Below are positions 27,860 to 37,777 of a DNA stretch of 45,899 bases, in pieces. The position numbers and the translations under genes are program-made. The notes under the pieces are model-generated. The model did no database searches, had not been told where the DNA came from, and worked only from the letters and a program-made list of their open reading frames with translations. The first letter of the stretch is position 1, and the number at the start of each line of letters is the position of its first letter. The stretch comes from an uncultured Rickettsia sp. (GTDB taxonomy: Bacteria > Pseudomonadota > Alphaproteobacteria > Rickettsiales > Rickettsiaceae), in contig CAYPDX010000004.1 of NCBI GenBank assembly GCA_964409695.1, forward strand, positions 1 to 45,899, written 5' to 3'.

Positions 27860-28042
27860 ATGTGCATAAGTTTTATACACATTTTATGTACAAATTATCC
27901 ACAGGTTTTCCTCATGTTAATTTCTTTTGTTTGACATTCCACAATATGTGTATAATTTTTACGTAACTCTTTTTTTACAAGCTCTACAAAGATAATTTTT
28001 TGAAATTTTTGTGGATAATTATGTGCATAACTACTTATCGAC
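27860..28042. other. putative chromosomal replication origin (oriC): DnaA-box cluster upstream of hemE
   Basis: Perfect TTATCCACA boxes occur at 27894-27902 (+) and 28009-28017 (rc). One-mismatch boxes occur at 27860-27868, 27872-27880, 27946-27954, 28021-28029 and 28034-28042, and a two-mismatch box at 27883-27891. AT-rich tracts lie between them, in a 331-bp non-coding spacer. Confidence 0.7.
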
Positions 28043-28082
28043 ATAAGTTTGCTTATAACAACTATAACTATTTAAATTTATA

Positions 28083-29108
28083 ATGAAATTATTATTAGAA
28101 GTATTCAAAAAATCAAAGAATAATATACCTCCTATTTGGTTAATGAGACAAGCTGGAAGATATTTAGCAGAATATCGAGAAGTACGTAGTATGGCAGGAA
28201 GTTTTTTAGATCTTTGTTATAATCCAGAATTAGCAAGTAAAGTAACAATTCAGCCTATAGATAGGTTTGATTTAGACGGAGCTATAATTTTTTCAGATAT
28301 TTTAATAGTACCTCATATTCTAGGATTAGATGTGAAGTTTATTGAAGGAGATGGCCCTAAAGTTGAAAATATTTCTTCTCTTGAAGATCTAAAAAAACTA
28401 TCATTAAAATCTTACGAAGAATCTGAAAAAATTCAAAAAGTTTGCAGTGTTTTAAAATTAACAAAAGAAAAACTAGCAAATAGTAAAACATTGATAGGTT
28501 TTGCGGGAAGTCCATGGACAGTTGCAACTTACGTTATTTCAAATAAAAAACATGATTTCGATTTTTGTAGAAAATTTGCTTATGAGAAGAAAGAAGTTCT
28601 TATAGAATTGATAGAGATAATAACTAAACAAACTATTATTTATCTTAAAAGCCAGATAGATTCTGGCGCTGAAGTAATTCAATTATTTGATTCTTGGTGT
28701 GAAATATTACCAGAAGAAGAATTTCATGAATTTGTAATTAAACCTACCAAGACAATAGTTTCAGAATTAAAAAAATACTCGAATGTACCAATTATTGGTT
28801 TTCCTAAAGGGGCTGGAGTATTTTACGAAGATTACGTTAAAGAAACAGGCGTTGATGGTGTAAGTTTAGACTATCTTGTTCCCTTCACGCAAGCCAAAAA
28901 ACTACAGGAAAGTGTAGTTATTCAAGGAAATCTAGATCCTTTATTACTATTTTTGAGTAAAGATAAAATTTTAAAACAAGTGGATAAAATTATGGAAGAA
29001 TTATCTGACGGACCATTTATTTTTAATTTAGGTCATGGAATTATGCAGCATACTCCTGTTGATAACGTAAAATTTTTAGTAGAATATGTCAGAAATTGGA
29101 AAAAATAA
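28083..29108 (+). CDS. hemE: uroporphyrinogen decarboxylase
   Basis: PPIWLMRQAGRYLAEYR, IFSDILIVP and GFAGSPWT motifs. Confidence 0.95.
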   Translation: MKLLLEVFKKSKNNIPPIWLMRQAGRYLAEYREVRSMAGSFLDLCYNPELASKVTIQPIDRFDLDGAIIFSDILIVPHILGLDVKFIEGDGPKVENISSLEDLKKLSLKSYEESEKIQKVCSVLKLTKEKLANSKTLIGFAGSPWTVATYVISNKKHDFDFCRKFAYEKKEVLIELIEIITKQTIIYLKSQIDSGAEVIQLFDSWCEILPEEEFHEFVIKPTKTIVSELKKYSNVPIIGFPKGAGVFYEDYVKETGVDGVSLDYLVPFTQAKKLQESVVIQGNLDPLLLFLSKDKILKQVDKIMEELSDGPFIFNLGHGIMQHTPVDNVKFLVEYVRNWKK

Positions 29109-30129
29109 GAAAATAGCAGTAGTTCTATTTAATCTAGGTGGTCCTGAAAAATTAAATTCTGTAAGACCGTTTCTGTATAATTTGTTTTCTGATAAATGGA
29201 TTATAAGATTTCCGAGCTTTATCAGATATTTACTAGCTATTTTTATTTCTATTAGAAGAGAGAATATAGCAAAAGAGAATTACAGTTTAATGGGTGGAAA
29301 ATCGCCGTTATTAGAAGAGACTGTAAAACAAAAAATAGCTTTAGAAGAAGGCTTAAAGAACAAAGGATTACAAAATTTTAAAGTCTTTATTTCTATGAGA
29401 TATTGGCACCCATTTTCCTCAGAAGTTGTAAAAGATATAAAGAAATACGGGGCAGATGAGATAATTTTTTTGCCTCTATATCCTCAAGCATCAAGCGCAA
29501 CCACAGTTTCTTCATTTGAAGATTTTGAAAATTCCATAGCTAAAGAAGAAGTAAATTCTATAGTAAAAAAAATAGGTTGTTATTTTGATGAAGATGAGTT
29601 TATTTTATCTCATAAAAATCTTATAAAAGAAAAGCTTGGAAAATTTAATGACGGAAAGGTTAGAATATTATTCTCAGCTCATAGTATTCCTGTTAAATTT
29701 GTAAATCAAGGAGACCCATATGAGTGGCAGGTTACAAAAACAGTTGAAGCTATAAGAAAAGACGAAATTATATCAAAACATGATTATGTTTTATGTTATC
29801 AAAGCAAAGTAGGAAGGATAGAATGGTTATCTCCTTCAACAGAAAAAGAAATTGAAAGAGCAGCAAAAGAAAATATAAATTTACTAATAGTTCCAATTGC
29901 TTTTATCTCTGAACATATAGAGACTTTAGTAGAACTTGATATAGAATATGCTAAAATTGCAAAAGATTTTGGTATTTTATATGAGAGGGTTCCAGCACTT
30001 GGAATAGAGAAAAATTTTATAGATTCTCTTGCAAAAATGGTTGTAAAAACTGCAAGCCAGGAAGCCCCGGTTATTTGTTTTGGGTCGCTTAAATGTCCAA
30101 GTAATTTTAAGAACTGTATTTGTAGATAG
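29086..30129 (+). CDS. hemH: ferrochelatase
   Basis: VVLFNLGGP, LPLYPQ, FSAHSIP and ISEHIETL motifs; it overlaps hemE by 23 nt. Confidence 0.9.
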   Translation: MSEIGKNKKIAVVLFNLGGPEKLNSVRPFLYNLFSDKWIIRFPSFIRYLLAIFISIRRENIAKENYSLMGGKSPLLEETVKQKIALEEGLKNKGLQNFKVFISMRYWHPFSSEVVKDIKKYGADEIIFLPLYPQASSATTVSSFEDFENSIAKEEVNSIVKKIGCYFDEDEFILSHKNLIKEKLGKFNDGKVRILFSAHSIPVKFVNQGDPYEWQVTKTVEAIRKDEIISKHDYVLCYQSKVGRIEWLSPSTEKEIERAAKENINLLIVPIAFISEHIETLVELDIEYAKIAKDFGILYERVPALGIEKNFIDSLAKMVVKTASQEAPVICFGSLKCPSNFKNCICR

Positions 30130-30137
30130 GTAAAATA

Positions 30138-30575
30138 GTGTCAGAATATTATGAATGGTTTAAAGTTATTCATCTAGTTTCGCTTATAGCGTGGATGGCT
30201 GGAATATTTTATTTACCAAGGATATATGTATATCACTGTAAAGTCAAAACAGGCTCGGAATCAGATAAAATTTTTAAAATTATGGAGTTAAAGCTACTCA
30301 GATATATAATGAATCCAGCCATGATAATAACATTAGTATTAGGGCTAATTCTAGCAGAAATTTATGGTATGAAAGCCATGGGAATTTGGTTTCATATAAA
30401 GATATTATGCGTGATTTTGCTTTGTGCTTTTCATGGTTTTTTAGCGCGCTGGCGAAAAGATTTTGCAAATGGAAATAATAAACATAGTGAAAGATTTTAT
30501 AGAATAGTGAACGAAGTACCTGCTGTACTCTTGGTGATTATAGTTATAATGGTAATAGTAAAACCATTTGAGTAA
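30138..30575 (+). CDS. hemJ: protoporphyrinogen IX oxidase HemJ (UPF0093)
   Basis: WFKVIHLVSLIAWMAGIFYLPRIYVYH is the HemJ signature. The protein has 4 TM segments and a GTG start. Confidence 0.8.
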   Translation: MSEYYEWFKVIHLVSLIAWMAGIFYLPRIYVYHCKVKTGSESDKIFKIMELKLLRYIMNPAMIITLVLGLILAEIYGMKAMGIWFHIKILCVILLCAFHGFLARWRKDFANGNNKHSERFYRIVNEVPAVLLVIIVIMVIVKPFE

Positions 30576-30630
30576 TTATACATTTACTAAGGGCACAGTT
30601 TATTTTGTACAAAACTAGAGATTCATATAA

Positions 30631-31365
30631 ATGAAAGAACTTACAGCATCAATTTTAATTATAGGGAATGAAATCTTGTCTGGTAAAGTGCAGGATAGAA
30701 ATATATGTTTTATCGCAAAAAAACTCTCAGAAAGAGGAATCATACTTAAAGAAGTTCGTGTAGTTTTAGATCTTACAGAAGATATAGTTGAAGCTGTAAA
30801 CTTGCTACGAAAAAAATATACATATGTTTTTACAACTGGTGGGCTTGGCCCTACTCATGATGACATAACGGCAGAAGCAATTGCAAAGGCGTTTTCTGTA
30901 GAAACTGAATTTAACGAGAATGCTTTAAAATTAATAGAAAAATACTCTCTAGAAAAAGGTCTGGTCTTTAACGATGCTAGAAAAAAAATGGCTCTTGTGC
31001 CAAAAGGAGGAATTCTTATTAATAATGAGCCTCCTGGATTTAGGATAGAGAATGTTTTTGTAATGGCTGGAATACCTGAGACACTTTACAAAATGTTTTC
31101 ATATATAGAAGCAAGCCTTGAAAGAGGTGATGAGATTTTAAGTAAAAATCTAGTTATATATGTTAGCGAAAGTCTTATAGCAAAAGAACTTTCAGATATT
31201 CAGGATAAGTATAAATCGATAGATATAGGGAGTTATCCATTTTTGAAAGATAATGAGCCAGCCTCCGATATAGTGTTTAGAGGTAAAGATATTACCGTAA
31301 TTCATAAAGCATATAGTAAACTAGAGAATATAGCTAAATCTAACAATTATAGATACGAGAAATGA
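30631..31365 (+). CDS. CinA-like molybdopterin-binding (MoCF_biosynth) domain protein
   Basis: IIGNEILSGKVQDRN and TTGGLGPTHDDIT motifs. Confidence 0.8.
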   Translation: MKELTASILIIGNEILSGKVQDRNICFIAKKLSERGIILKEVRVVLDLTEDIVEAVNLLRKKYTYVFTTGGLGPTHDDITAEAIAKAFSVETEFNENALKLIEKYSLEKGLVFNDARKKMALVPKGGILINNEPPGFRIENVFVMAGIPETLYKMFSYIEASLERGDEILSKNLVIYVSESLIAKELSDIQDKYKSIDIGSYPFLKDNEPASDIVFRGKDITVIHKAYSKLENIAKSNNYRYEK

Positions 31366-32090
31366 AAATCCCTCGATTAATATCAATATTAATATTTCTA
31401 TTCTATAGCAAAATCTCGATTGCTTACGTAAAAACCTATATAGTTGGTGTTGAAGATGCTGTAAATTATCCTTATAAAACATCTGAAAATGGAAATTTTT
31501 CTGGAAAATTTAGACAGATTTTAGACAAATTTGCAAAAAGCCAAGGAATAATATTTGAATATAAGTCATATCAAATCAAAGATCTATACGAAGCTTTATA
31601 CAAAAATCAAATTGACTTTAAGTTTCCAGATAATCCAGTTTGGAGATCTCCACAAAAAAAACATCACAATATTATCTATAGTGATTTTTTAACTTATTAC
31701 ATTGACGCGATATTTGTAAAAAAATCTGATATGAACAAAAATTTTAGAGATTTCAAGGTTTTTGGGACTTCAAATGACATTTTGCTTTGGCCTATTTCTG
31801 AAAAATTAGCACATGGGAAAGTAAAAGTATTAAAATCTAGAAGCTGTGCAGAGCTAATACCTCAAATTAAAAATGACGAAATAGAAGCTATTTTTTGTAA
31901 TTATGACGTTATGAGGTATCTTTTAAAAAATTCAACTTTAGAGACTGAAATAGTCGTTAATACGGATCTTCCTTTTATAGATAATTACTTTTATGTATCT
32001 ACAATAAATCATGGGGATATAATAGAAAAACTTAATGGGTGGATTGCAAAAAATAGAGCTTATATAGAAAAGGAGACGCATGAAAACTAA
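31362..32090 (+). CDS. periplasmic solute-binding protein, family 3-like
   Basis: Signal peptide plus SBP_bac_3-like features (YVKTYIVGVED..YPY, IDFKFPDNPVW). The similarity is weak. Confidence 0.45.
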   Translation: MKIPRLISILIFLFYSKISIAYVKTYIVGVEDAVNYPYKTSENGNFSGKFRQILDKFAKSQGIIFEYKSYQIKDLYEALYKNQIDFKFPDNPVWRSPQKKHHNIIYSDFLTYYIDAIFVKKSDMNKNFRDFKVFGTSNDILLWPISEKLAHGKVKVLKSRSCAELIPQIKNDEIEAIFCNYDVMRYLLKNSTLETEIVVNTDLPFIDNYFYVSTINHGDIIEKLNGWIAKNRAYIEKETHEN

Positions 32091-32730
32091 AAGATCTTTT
32101 TTTGACTTAGATACTCCATTCATTATAGCTGTAGATGGAGAAGCCGCCTCTGGTAAAGGAACTTTCTGTACAAAATTAGCAAAGGAATATAATCTATTTT
32201 ATTGCCAAACTAGTATTTTTTATAGAAAGCTAGCAAAAATTGCCATTGATAGAAATATTACTGATGTTGAGGAGCTCGTAAAAATAGCGTCTCATGATGA
32301 TTTGCAGACAATATCAGACAAAGATTTATATTTTGATGAAGTGAGTAAAAGAGCTTCTGAGATTGCTTCTATTAAAGAAGTGAGGTTTGCTCTGAATATT
32401 CCACAAAAGGAAATGCTCAAGCTCCACAAGCGAATAATTATGGAAGGAAGAGATATAGGCACTGTTATAGCGCCAACTGCAGATGTAAAGCTATATTTTA
32501 CCGCTAATGTAAATGCAAGGGCTCAGAGGCGGTTTGCTGAGCTTGTGGTAAAAGATCAAAATATTACTCTAGAATCAATTAAAAATAATATTATCGATAG
32601 AGATATTAGAGATAAAGAGAGAGAGAATGCGCCTCTTTCTATCGCAAAAGATGCAATAATTATAGATAGTTCTGAGCTAGATGCGGATCAGGTTTATAAT
32701 AAAGTTCTTCATATATTGGAAAAAAGTTAA
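32080..32730 (+). CDS. cmk: cytidylate kinase
   Basis: IIAVDGEAASGKGT, GRDIGTV and the ENAPL motif. Confidence 0.9.
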   Translation: MKTKRSFFDLDTPFIIAVDGEAASGKGTFCTKLAKEYNLFYCQTSIFYRKLAKIAIDRNITDVEELVKIASHDDLQTISDKDLYFDEVSKRASEIASIKEVRFALNIPQKEMLKLHKRIIMEGRDIGTVIAPTADVKLYFTANVNARAQRRFAELVVKDQNITLESIKNNIIDRDIRDKERENAPLSIAKDAIIIDSSELDADQVYNKVLHILEKS

Positions 32731-32996
32731 GGGATATTTGTCTTGATAGAGACTGCGTGCAGACCGTCTTCAAATGCGGGTTCTAGCGCTTTATTTACTA
32801 GTCTTTGTCTTTCTAATAAAGAAAGGCCTGCAAAAAACTTGCTTACAATAAATATTTTTACATGAGAAGGATATTTGCTTTTTAAATCTGCCTCATAATG
32901 ATTAGCATGGCTAGCACTTTCGTCTTTTATTTCAAGCTCACTTGCTTCAAAAATTTTTAGCAATTCTTCTAAAGCTTTTATTTTGTTGGTTTTCAT
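32727..32996 (-). CDS. BolA-family protein
   Basis: 89 aa with DESASHANH...F.G...L.RQRLVN..L......LHA pattern. Confidence 0.8.
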   Translation of the reverse strand: MKTNKIKALEELLKIFEASELEIKDESASHANHYEADLKSKYPSHVKIFIVSKFFAGLSLLERQRLVNKALEPAFEDGLHAVSIKTNIP

Positions 32997-33041
32997 AAGA
33001 TTCTAACTCACAAACAAAATTATTTCTCATATAGTCAATAT

Positions 33042-34385
33042 TTAAAACATGCCCTTCATTGAACGCATGAGGGACTTTGGATCCATATTTTTGGCTTTTT
33101 TCATGAAGCCAGCAATTTGCATATATTGTTTAAGTAATCTATTTATTTCAGAGACTTCTACACCAGAACCTGCAGCTATTCTTCTTTTTCTTGACGCATT
33201 AAGTAAATCTGGCTTTTTTCTTTCTAATTTTGTCATAGAGTCGATTATAGCACATTGTCTTTTCATAGGCCTATCAGAAATCTTATCTTGATTTATATTC
33301 TGTGTAAGTTTTCCCATTCCAGGTAACATAGATAATATTGAACTCATACCACCAATTTTTTGGATATTCCTTAACTGGCTAGCGTAATCGTTCAAATCAA
33401 ATCTTCCTGATTGCATACGTTTTGCAACCTTTTCCATTTCATCATGATCTGCAACTTCTATAGCTTTTTCAACCAAAGAAACTATATCACCTTTGCCAAG
33501 AATTCTGGATGCTATTCTTTCAGGGGCAAATAGCTCTAAAGCATCTAATTTCTCACCAACACCCATAAATTTTATAGGAGCTTTAGTTACATACTTAACG
33601 CTTAAAGCCGCGCCTCCTCTATTATCACCATCAACTCGGGTTAGAATTACTCCTGTAATCCCGATGGTTTCATTAAACTCTTTCGCGACATTTACAGCAT
33701 CTTGTCCGGTTAAACTATCAACAACAAGTAATGTTTCTGCTGGAGTAATTACTTTTTTTATTTCTATTAGTTCTTGAACAAGTTCCTTGTCAATATGGAG
33801 TCTACCAGCACTATCATAAATAATAACATCGTAAGCCACAGTCTTTGTAGCATTCGAAGCTTTCTTTAATATCTCTGATATAGTTTCATTATCTATAATA
33901 GGTAGGCTGTCAACGCCTATTTTTTCTCCTAAAATAATCAACTGTTCTCTTGCCGCTGGCCTATATATATCGAGTGAAACTAGTAGTACTCTTTTCTTTT
34001 GATTTTTAAGGTATAAAGCAAGCTTAGCTGAAGAAGTCGTTTTTCCGCTTCCTTGAAGCCCAGCCATTAATATAGAAACAGGAGGTTTGTTTTTTAGATT
34101 TAAAGACATTTCCTCTTCTGAGGATTTAAGAAAGTCCACTAATTCGTCATTGATAATTTTTATTATCATTTGACCTGGGCTAATAGATTTTACTACATTC
34201 TGCCCAATTGCTTTTTCTCTAACATTCAGAATAAAATCTTTAATCACCTGAACAGAAACATCAGCTTCAAGAAAAGCTATCCTTATCTCTCTCATAGCCT
34301 CATCAAGATGGGCTTCTGTGATGGTGCCTTTACTTCTTAATTTATCAAAAATTTTTGTAAGGTTATTTGTTAGATTTTGAAACAT
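33042..34385 (-). CDS. ffh: signal recognition particle protein Ffh
   Basis: GLQGSGKTT, DIYRPAA, DSAGR and TRVDGDNRGGAA motifs, plus a Met-rich M domain. Confidence 0.95.
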   Translation of the reverse strand: MFQNLTNNLTKIFDKLRSKGTITEAHLDEAMREIRIAFLEADVSVQVIKDFILNVREKAIGQNVVKSISPGQMIIKIINDELVDFLKSSEEEMSLNLKNKPPVSILMAGLQGSGKTTSSAKLALYLKNQKKRVLLVSLDIYRPAAREQLIILGEKIGVDSLPIIDNETISEILKKASNATKTVAYDVIIYDSAGRLHIDKELVQELIEIKKVITPAETLLVVDSLTGQDAVNVAKEFNETIGITGVILTRVDGDNRGGAALSVKYVTKAPIKFMGVGEKLDALELFAPERIASRILGKGDIVSLVEKAIEVADHDEMEKVAKRMQSGRFDLNDYASQLRNIQKIGGMSSILSMLPGMGKLTQNINQDKISDRPMKRQCAIIDSMTKLERKKPDLLNASRKRRIAAGSGVEVSEINRLLKQYMQIAGFMKKAKNMDPKSLMRSMKGMF

Positions 34386-34429
34386 AAATTTTCTACTAGG
34401 AGTTGTAAAATTATCTGTATAATATACGT

Positions 34430-34780
34430 ATGGTTGTAAAAAGCATATGTATGATTGAAATCTGCAGCACTACAAATGAATCAACTAGCGATAATAAAAG
34501 AGTTACTGAAAATGTCAAACATACTGAAGTACCCCTATTCCTTTGTTATGACGAAGATCCAAATTTTGAGAAAATAAGAATGCTCGTAGAATGTTTGCTA
34601 TGTGTGCGTATAGGTTTGGTTAATGGTGATTATAAGGTAAACCAGATATTAAATCTTATATGTTTTTTTGATAGTTCACTATTTGAATTGAAAAATGATA
34701 TGCTAAAAAATTTGCTAAAAGAAGTAAAACAAATAGCTGAGGCAGAGCTTCTTAGAATTCAGAAGACTCTAGTCTTCTGA
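34430..34780 (+). CDS. hypothetical protein (orphan)
   Basis: The ORF is present but no recognisable motif was found, and the start is uncertain. Confidence 0.3.
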   Translation: MVVKSICMIEICSTTNESTSDNKRVTENVKHTEVPLFLCYDEDPNFEKIRMLVECLLCVRIGLVNGDYKVNQILNLICFFDSSLFELKNDMLKNLLKEVKQIAEAELLRIQKTLVF

Positions 34781-34789
34781 GATTTAGAA

Positions 34790-35479
34790 TTATCTATAGT
34801 TTTTTGCTATAGAAAGAACATTAACAGCAGAAGCTCCGGATTTTTTAAGAAGTTTAGAGCATAGATTCACGGTTTCTCCAGTAGTAATCACATCATCAAT
34901 AAGCAGAATTTTTTTGCCTATAATTTTGTCCTGATTTTTTACAGACAAACTATCTTTGAGATTTTCTTTTCGAGCAGATCTGCTTAAAAAAGTCTGGGAT
35001 TTGGTAAGTTTTTTCTTATGTAAAATATCAGGAAAATAAGTAATATTTGATATTTTGGAAAGCTCTGTAGCAATAATATGAGAGTGATTATACATTCTTA
35101 TTATCCGTTTGAGCCTGTGCATAGGAACACAAACAATAAAATCAGCTTCCATAATAATTTCTTTATATCTCGCATAAATTAATTTAGCGAAAAAGAGCCC
35201 TAAAATAGTTTTATCCTGGTATTTAAATTTGTGAATAAGTGGCCTAGAATTTTCATCAAATTTGATTAAGCTGCGAGACTTATTGAATGATGGTGGGTTT
35301 TTTTCACATCCCAAGCATTTAGATTCTGTCTCAATTTCTATTTCAAATGGCAAACCACAAGTTTTACAAAATGGTTCTTCAATGAAACAATATTTTTTCC
35401 AGCAATCATTACAAATGGATAAGTAAGACGCAGTGATTTCAGAGCAATCAATGCACCTATGAGGCATTAGATAGTTCAT
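34790..35479 (-). CDS. comF: ComF-family phosphoribosyltransferase-like protein
   Basis: N-terminal Cys4 zinc-finger-like motifs (CIDCSE...CNDC; CKTCG...CLGC) and a C-terminal PRTase loop LIDDVITTGET. Confidence 0.8.
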   Translation of the reverse strand: MNYLMPHRCIDCSEITASYLSICNDCWKKYCFIEEPFCKTCGLPFEIEIETESKCLGCEKNPPSFNKSRSLIKFDENSRPLIHKFKYQDKTILGLFFAKLIYARYKEIIMEADFIVCVPMHRLKRIIRMYNHSHIIATELSKISNITYFPDILHKKKLTKSQTFLSRSARKENLKDSLSVKNQDKIIGKKILLIDDVITTGETVNLCSKLLKKSGASAVNVLSIAKNYR

Positions 35480-35530
35480 GAATGAGCTAAACCAATCTCT
35501 AGCTGTAATTTTATCTAATCTAATAAATTA

Positions 35531-35910
35531 ATGGTGGGGCTTTTCCTGTTGCCCGGCAAGCCCCCAGCCGCTCACATACGTACTACAATTAAGCAGCCGC
35601 AAGTGCGAAACGATTATTGTCGTTTGCGTTTATCGTGTTTTGATCCAAGACCCTAAGGCCGGAGGAATCATCCCGAGCAAAGGCTAAGTCTTTATTAAGC
35701 ACGTCGATCCTATTTCGCCCCCTAAACACAAGATCCCAAATTAATTCTACTTCGTCGCTGCAGCGCTCATCTAGTAATTATAGTATTCGCGCTTTGCTCC
35801 TAGTATTATTAAATTTGTGACTTGGTTTACACTATTTCTTTAGAGATAGTGTAAAATTTGGTGGAGGCGCCGGGTACCGCCCCCGGGTCCGCCACTTCTA
35901 TTCTAAGTAA
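35531..35910 (-). ncRNA. ssrA: circularly permuted (two-piece) tmRNA gene ssrA
   Basis: On the minus strand the acceptor piece, ending ...ccggg-ggcggta-cccgg-cgcctcc-a-cca (3' end at 35859), lies upstream of the coding piece. The coding piece starts gggggcgaaataggatcgacg (5' end about 35722). The 5' GGGGGCG pairs with the 3' CGCCUCC and gives G3:U70. The tag ORF at 35589-35627 encodes ANDNNRFALAAA*. Confidence 0.8.
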
Positions 35911-35967
35911 CCAATATATTGCCATAGCTCAAAAGAGCAATTATAGTATATCAAAAATTGGAGATTT

Positions 35968-36870
35968 ATGCAAATACTCATAATTGGGGAAAATGGACAG
36001 GTTGCGAGCAAGCTTATTGAGCAAGGAAAATTTATAGAAGGAGGCAGTATATATTCAGTATCCAGACCAGAAATTGATTTAGAAAACGAGGGATCAATAA
36101 TCTCATTTTTAAAAAAATACCATGAAGGAGTAAAAGACAAAAATTCTTATCGAATAATAGTAAACGCAGCCGCCTATACTAATGTAGAAGGGGCAGAAGA
36201 TGATTATGAAAAAGCTTTAAAGGTCAATGCACTTGCTCCTAAAATACTTGCTGAATTTGCGAAAGCAAATGGATATTTACTTATTCATTATTCCACAGAC
36301 TATGTGTTTAATGGGCAAAAAATAGGTGATTATCATGAAGATGATGTTACTGGTCCCATAAACAAATATGGAATGTCAAAACTTCTAGGTGAGCAGAATA
36401 TTATTTCATCAACTGATAATTATCTAATTCTAAGAACTAGTTGGGTATTTTCTGAAATAGGAGGGAATTTTGTAAAGAAAATTGCGGAATTACTTCAAAC
36501 CAGAGATGAGTTAAAAGTCATTGATGATCAAAATGGTAGGCCAACATACTCAGGATTTATAGCTTCAATTACTTATGAATTGATAAAATATTTTAATGGT
36601 AAGAAATCTTCTGAAATAATAAATCTAACTCAGCCAGATACAACAAGTTGGTATGGTTTTGCGAATAAAATCAAAGAGAATTTGGTGTCAAAAAATGTCA
36701 AATTAGCAAATATTATTCCGGTATTAAGTAGCGAGTTTATAATGAAGGCAGAGAGGCCTAAAAATTCCGTTCTTTCATTAAATAAACTTGAAAAAATCTT
36801 GCCATTTTCTATTCGAAGCTGGGAAGAAGACCTATCAAAAGTCATAGATATATTATATGAAAGTAAATAA
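35968..36870 (+). CDS. rfbD: dTDP-4-dehydrorhamnose reductase (RmlD)
   Basis: ILIIGENGQVA, NAAAYTNVEGAE, STDYVFNG and the YGMSKLLGE catalytic YxxxK motif. Confidence 0.85.
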   Translation: MQILIIGENGQVASKLIEQGKFIEGGSIYSVSRPEIDLENEGSIISFLKKYHEGVKDKNSYRIIVNAAAYTNVEGAEDDYEKALKVNALAPKILAEFAKANGYLLIHYSTDYVFNGQKIGDYHEDDVTGPINKYGMSKLLGEQNIISSTDNYLILRTSWVFSEIGGNFVKKIAELLQTRDELKVIDDQNGRPTYSGFIASITYELIKYFNGKKSSEIINLTQPDTTSWYGFANKIKENLVSKNVKLANIIPVLSSEFIMKAERPKNSVLSLNKLEKILPFSIRSWEEDLSKVIDILYESK

Positions 36871-37759
36871 GTTGAAGTCTATCGCGCTTGAATGGCTTGA
36901 CAGTATAAAGCATATTTACCAATCAGAACATACGTATATCTCTTACAAAAATGATATTGACTCATTTCTAAGTTTTTTAGATGAATATAATGGAGGGCAA
37001 ACAGATATTGATACGATAATCTCGGTTGATATAAGATGTTTACGAAGCTATCTTGCAAGCCTTAAATCAAAGGATTATGCTTCTTCTTCAATAGCGCGGA
37101 AACTTGCAACAATTAAAAATTTCTACAAATTTTTAATAAGGAAAAAACATAATATTGATCACTCAATTTTTGCTATAAGATCACCAAAAAAGCTAAGAAC
37201 AATACCAAAAGCTCTCACATTAGAACAAACATCAATTTCAATAGATAGTTCTTCTAGTGAAATAGATGAGAACTGGGTAGTACTTAGGAATAAAGCTATT
37301 ATTATTCTGATATATAGCGCTGGTCTACGTATTAGCGAGGCTCTTTCCATTACAAAAAATCATTTAATTAGTGATGTTATAAGAATAAAAGGGAAGGGTA
37401 ATAAAGAGAGGATAGTTCCTTGGTTAGATATTTCAAAAAATGCTATAAAAGAATATTTAGATGAACTCCCATATAATTTAAACCAAGATGAACCGATTTT
37501 TTTGGGAAAAAGGGGAAAGGTTCTGAAACAAAATTATTTCAATACAATACTAATAAAAATGAGAAGAACATATAATCTTCCCGAACATATAACGCCTCAT
37601 GCTTTCAGGCATAGTTTCGCAACCCATATGTTAGAAAATGGCGCTGATCTACGTGTGATACAAGATTTATTAGGGCATGCAAGTCTGTCGACAACTCAAA
37701 TCTATACAAAAACTAATATAGCTCATTTGAAGAAGGCTCACAAAAACGCTTTTGACTAG
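36857..37759 (+). CDS. tyrosine site-specific recombinase, XerC/XerD family
   Basis: GLRISEAL, HAFRHSFATHMLENGADLRVIQDLLGHASLSTTQIYT, giving the R-H-R-Y catalytic residues. Confidence 0.85.
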   Translation: MKVNKLKSIALEWLDSIKHIYQSEHTYISYKNDIDSFLSFLDEYNGGQTDIDTIISVDIRCLRSYLASLKSKDYASSSIARKLATIKNFYKFLIRKKHNIDHSIFAIRSPKKLRTIPKALTLEQTSISIDSSSSEIDENWVVLRNKAIIILIYSAGLRISEALSITKNHLISDVIRIKGKGNKERIVPWLDISKNAIKEYLDELPYNLNQDEPIFLGKRGKVLKQNYFNTILIKMRRTYNLPEHITPHAFRHSFATHMLENGADLRVIQDLLGHASLSTTQIYTKTNIAHLKKAHKNAFD

Positions 37760-37777
37760 AAGCTGCAGTCCAATTTT

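Noticed and set aside
27752-28082. CtrA-binding sites (TTAA-N7-TTAA) in the putative origin, as in Caulobacter Cori
   Set aside because: The TTAA occurrences in the spacer (about 27850, 27916 and 28071) have no partner TTAA at 7-nt spacing, so no CtrA box is claimed.
33049-33777. Plus-strand ORFs 33049-33291 and 33493-33777 inside ffh; similar ORFs 38302-38724 and 38678-38905 inside ftsY, and 24715-24957 inside folC
   Set aside because: They are antisense to universally conserved genes, are low complexity, and have no independent support.
35898-36140. 80-aa minus-strand ORF overlapping the rfbD 5' end and abutting the tmRNA gene
   Set aside because: It overlaps the well-supported rfbD frame on the opposite strand and the likely ssrA promoter region. 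No motif was found.
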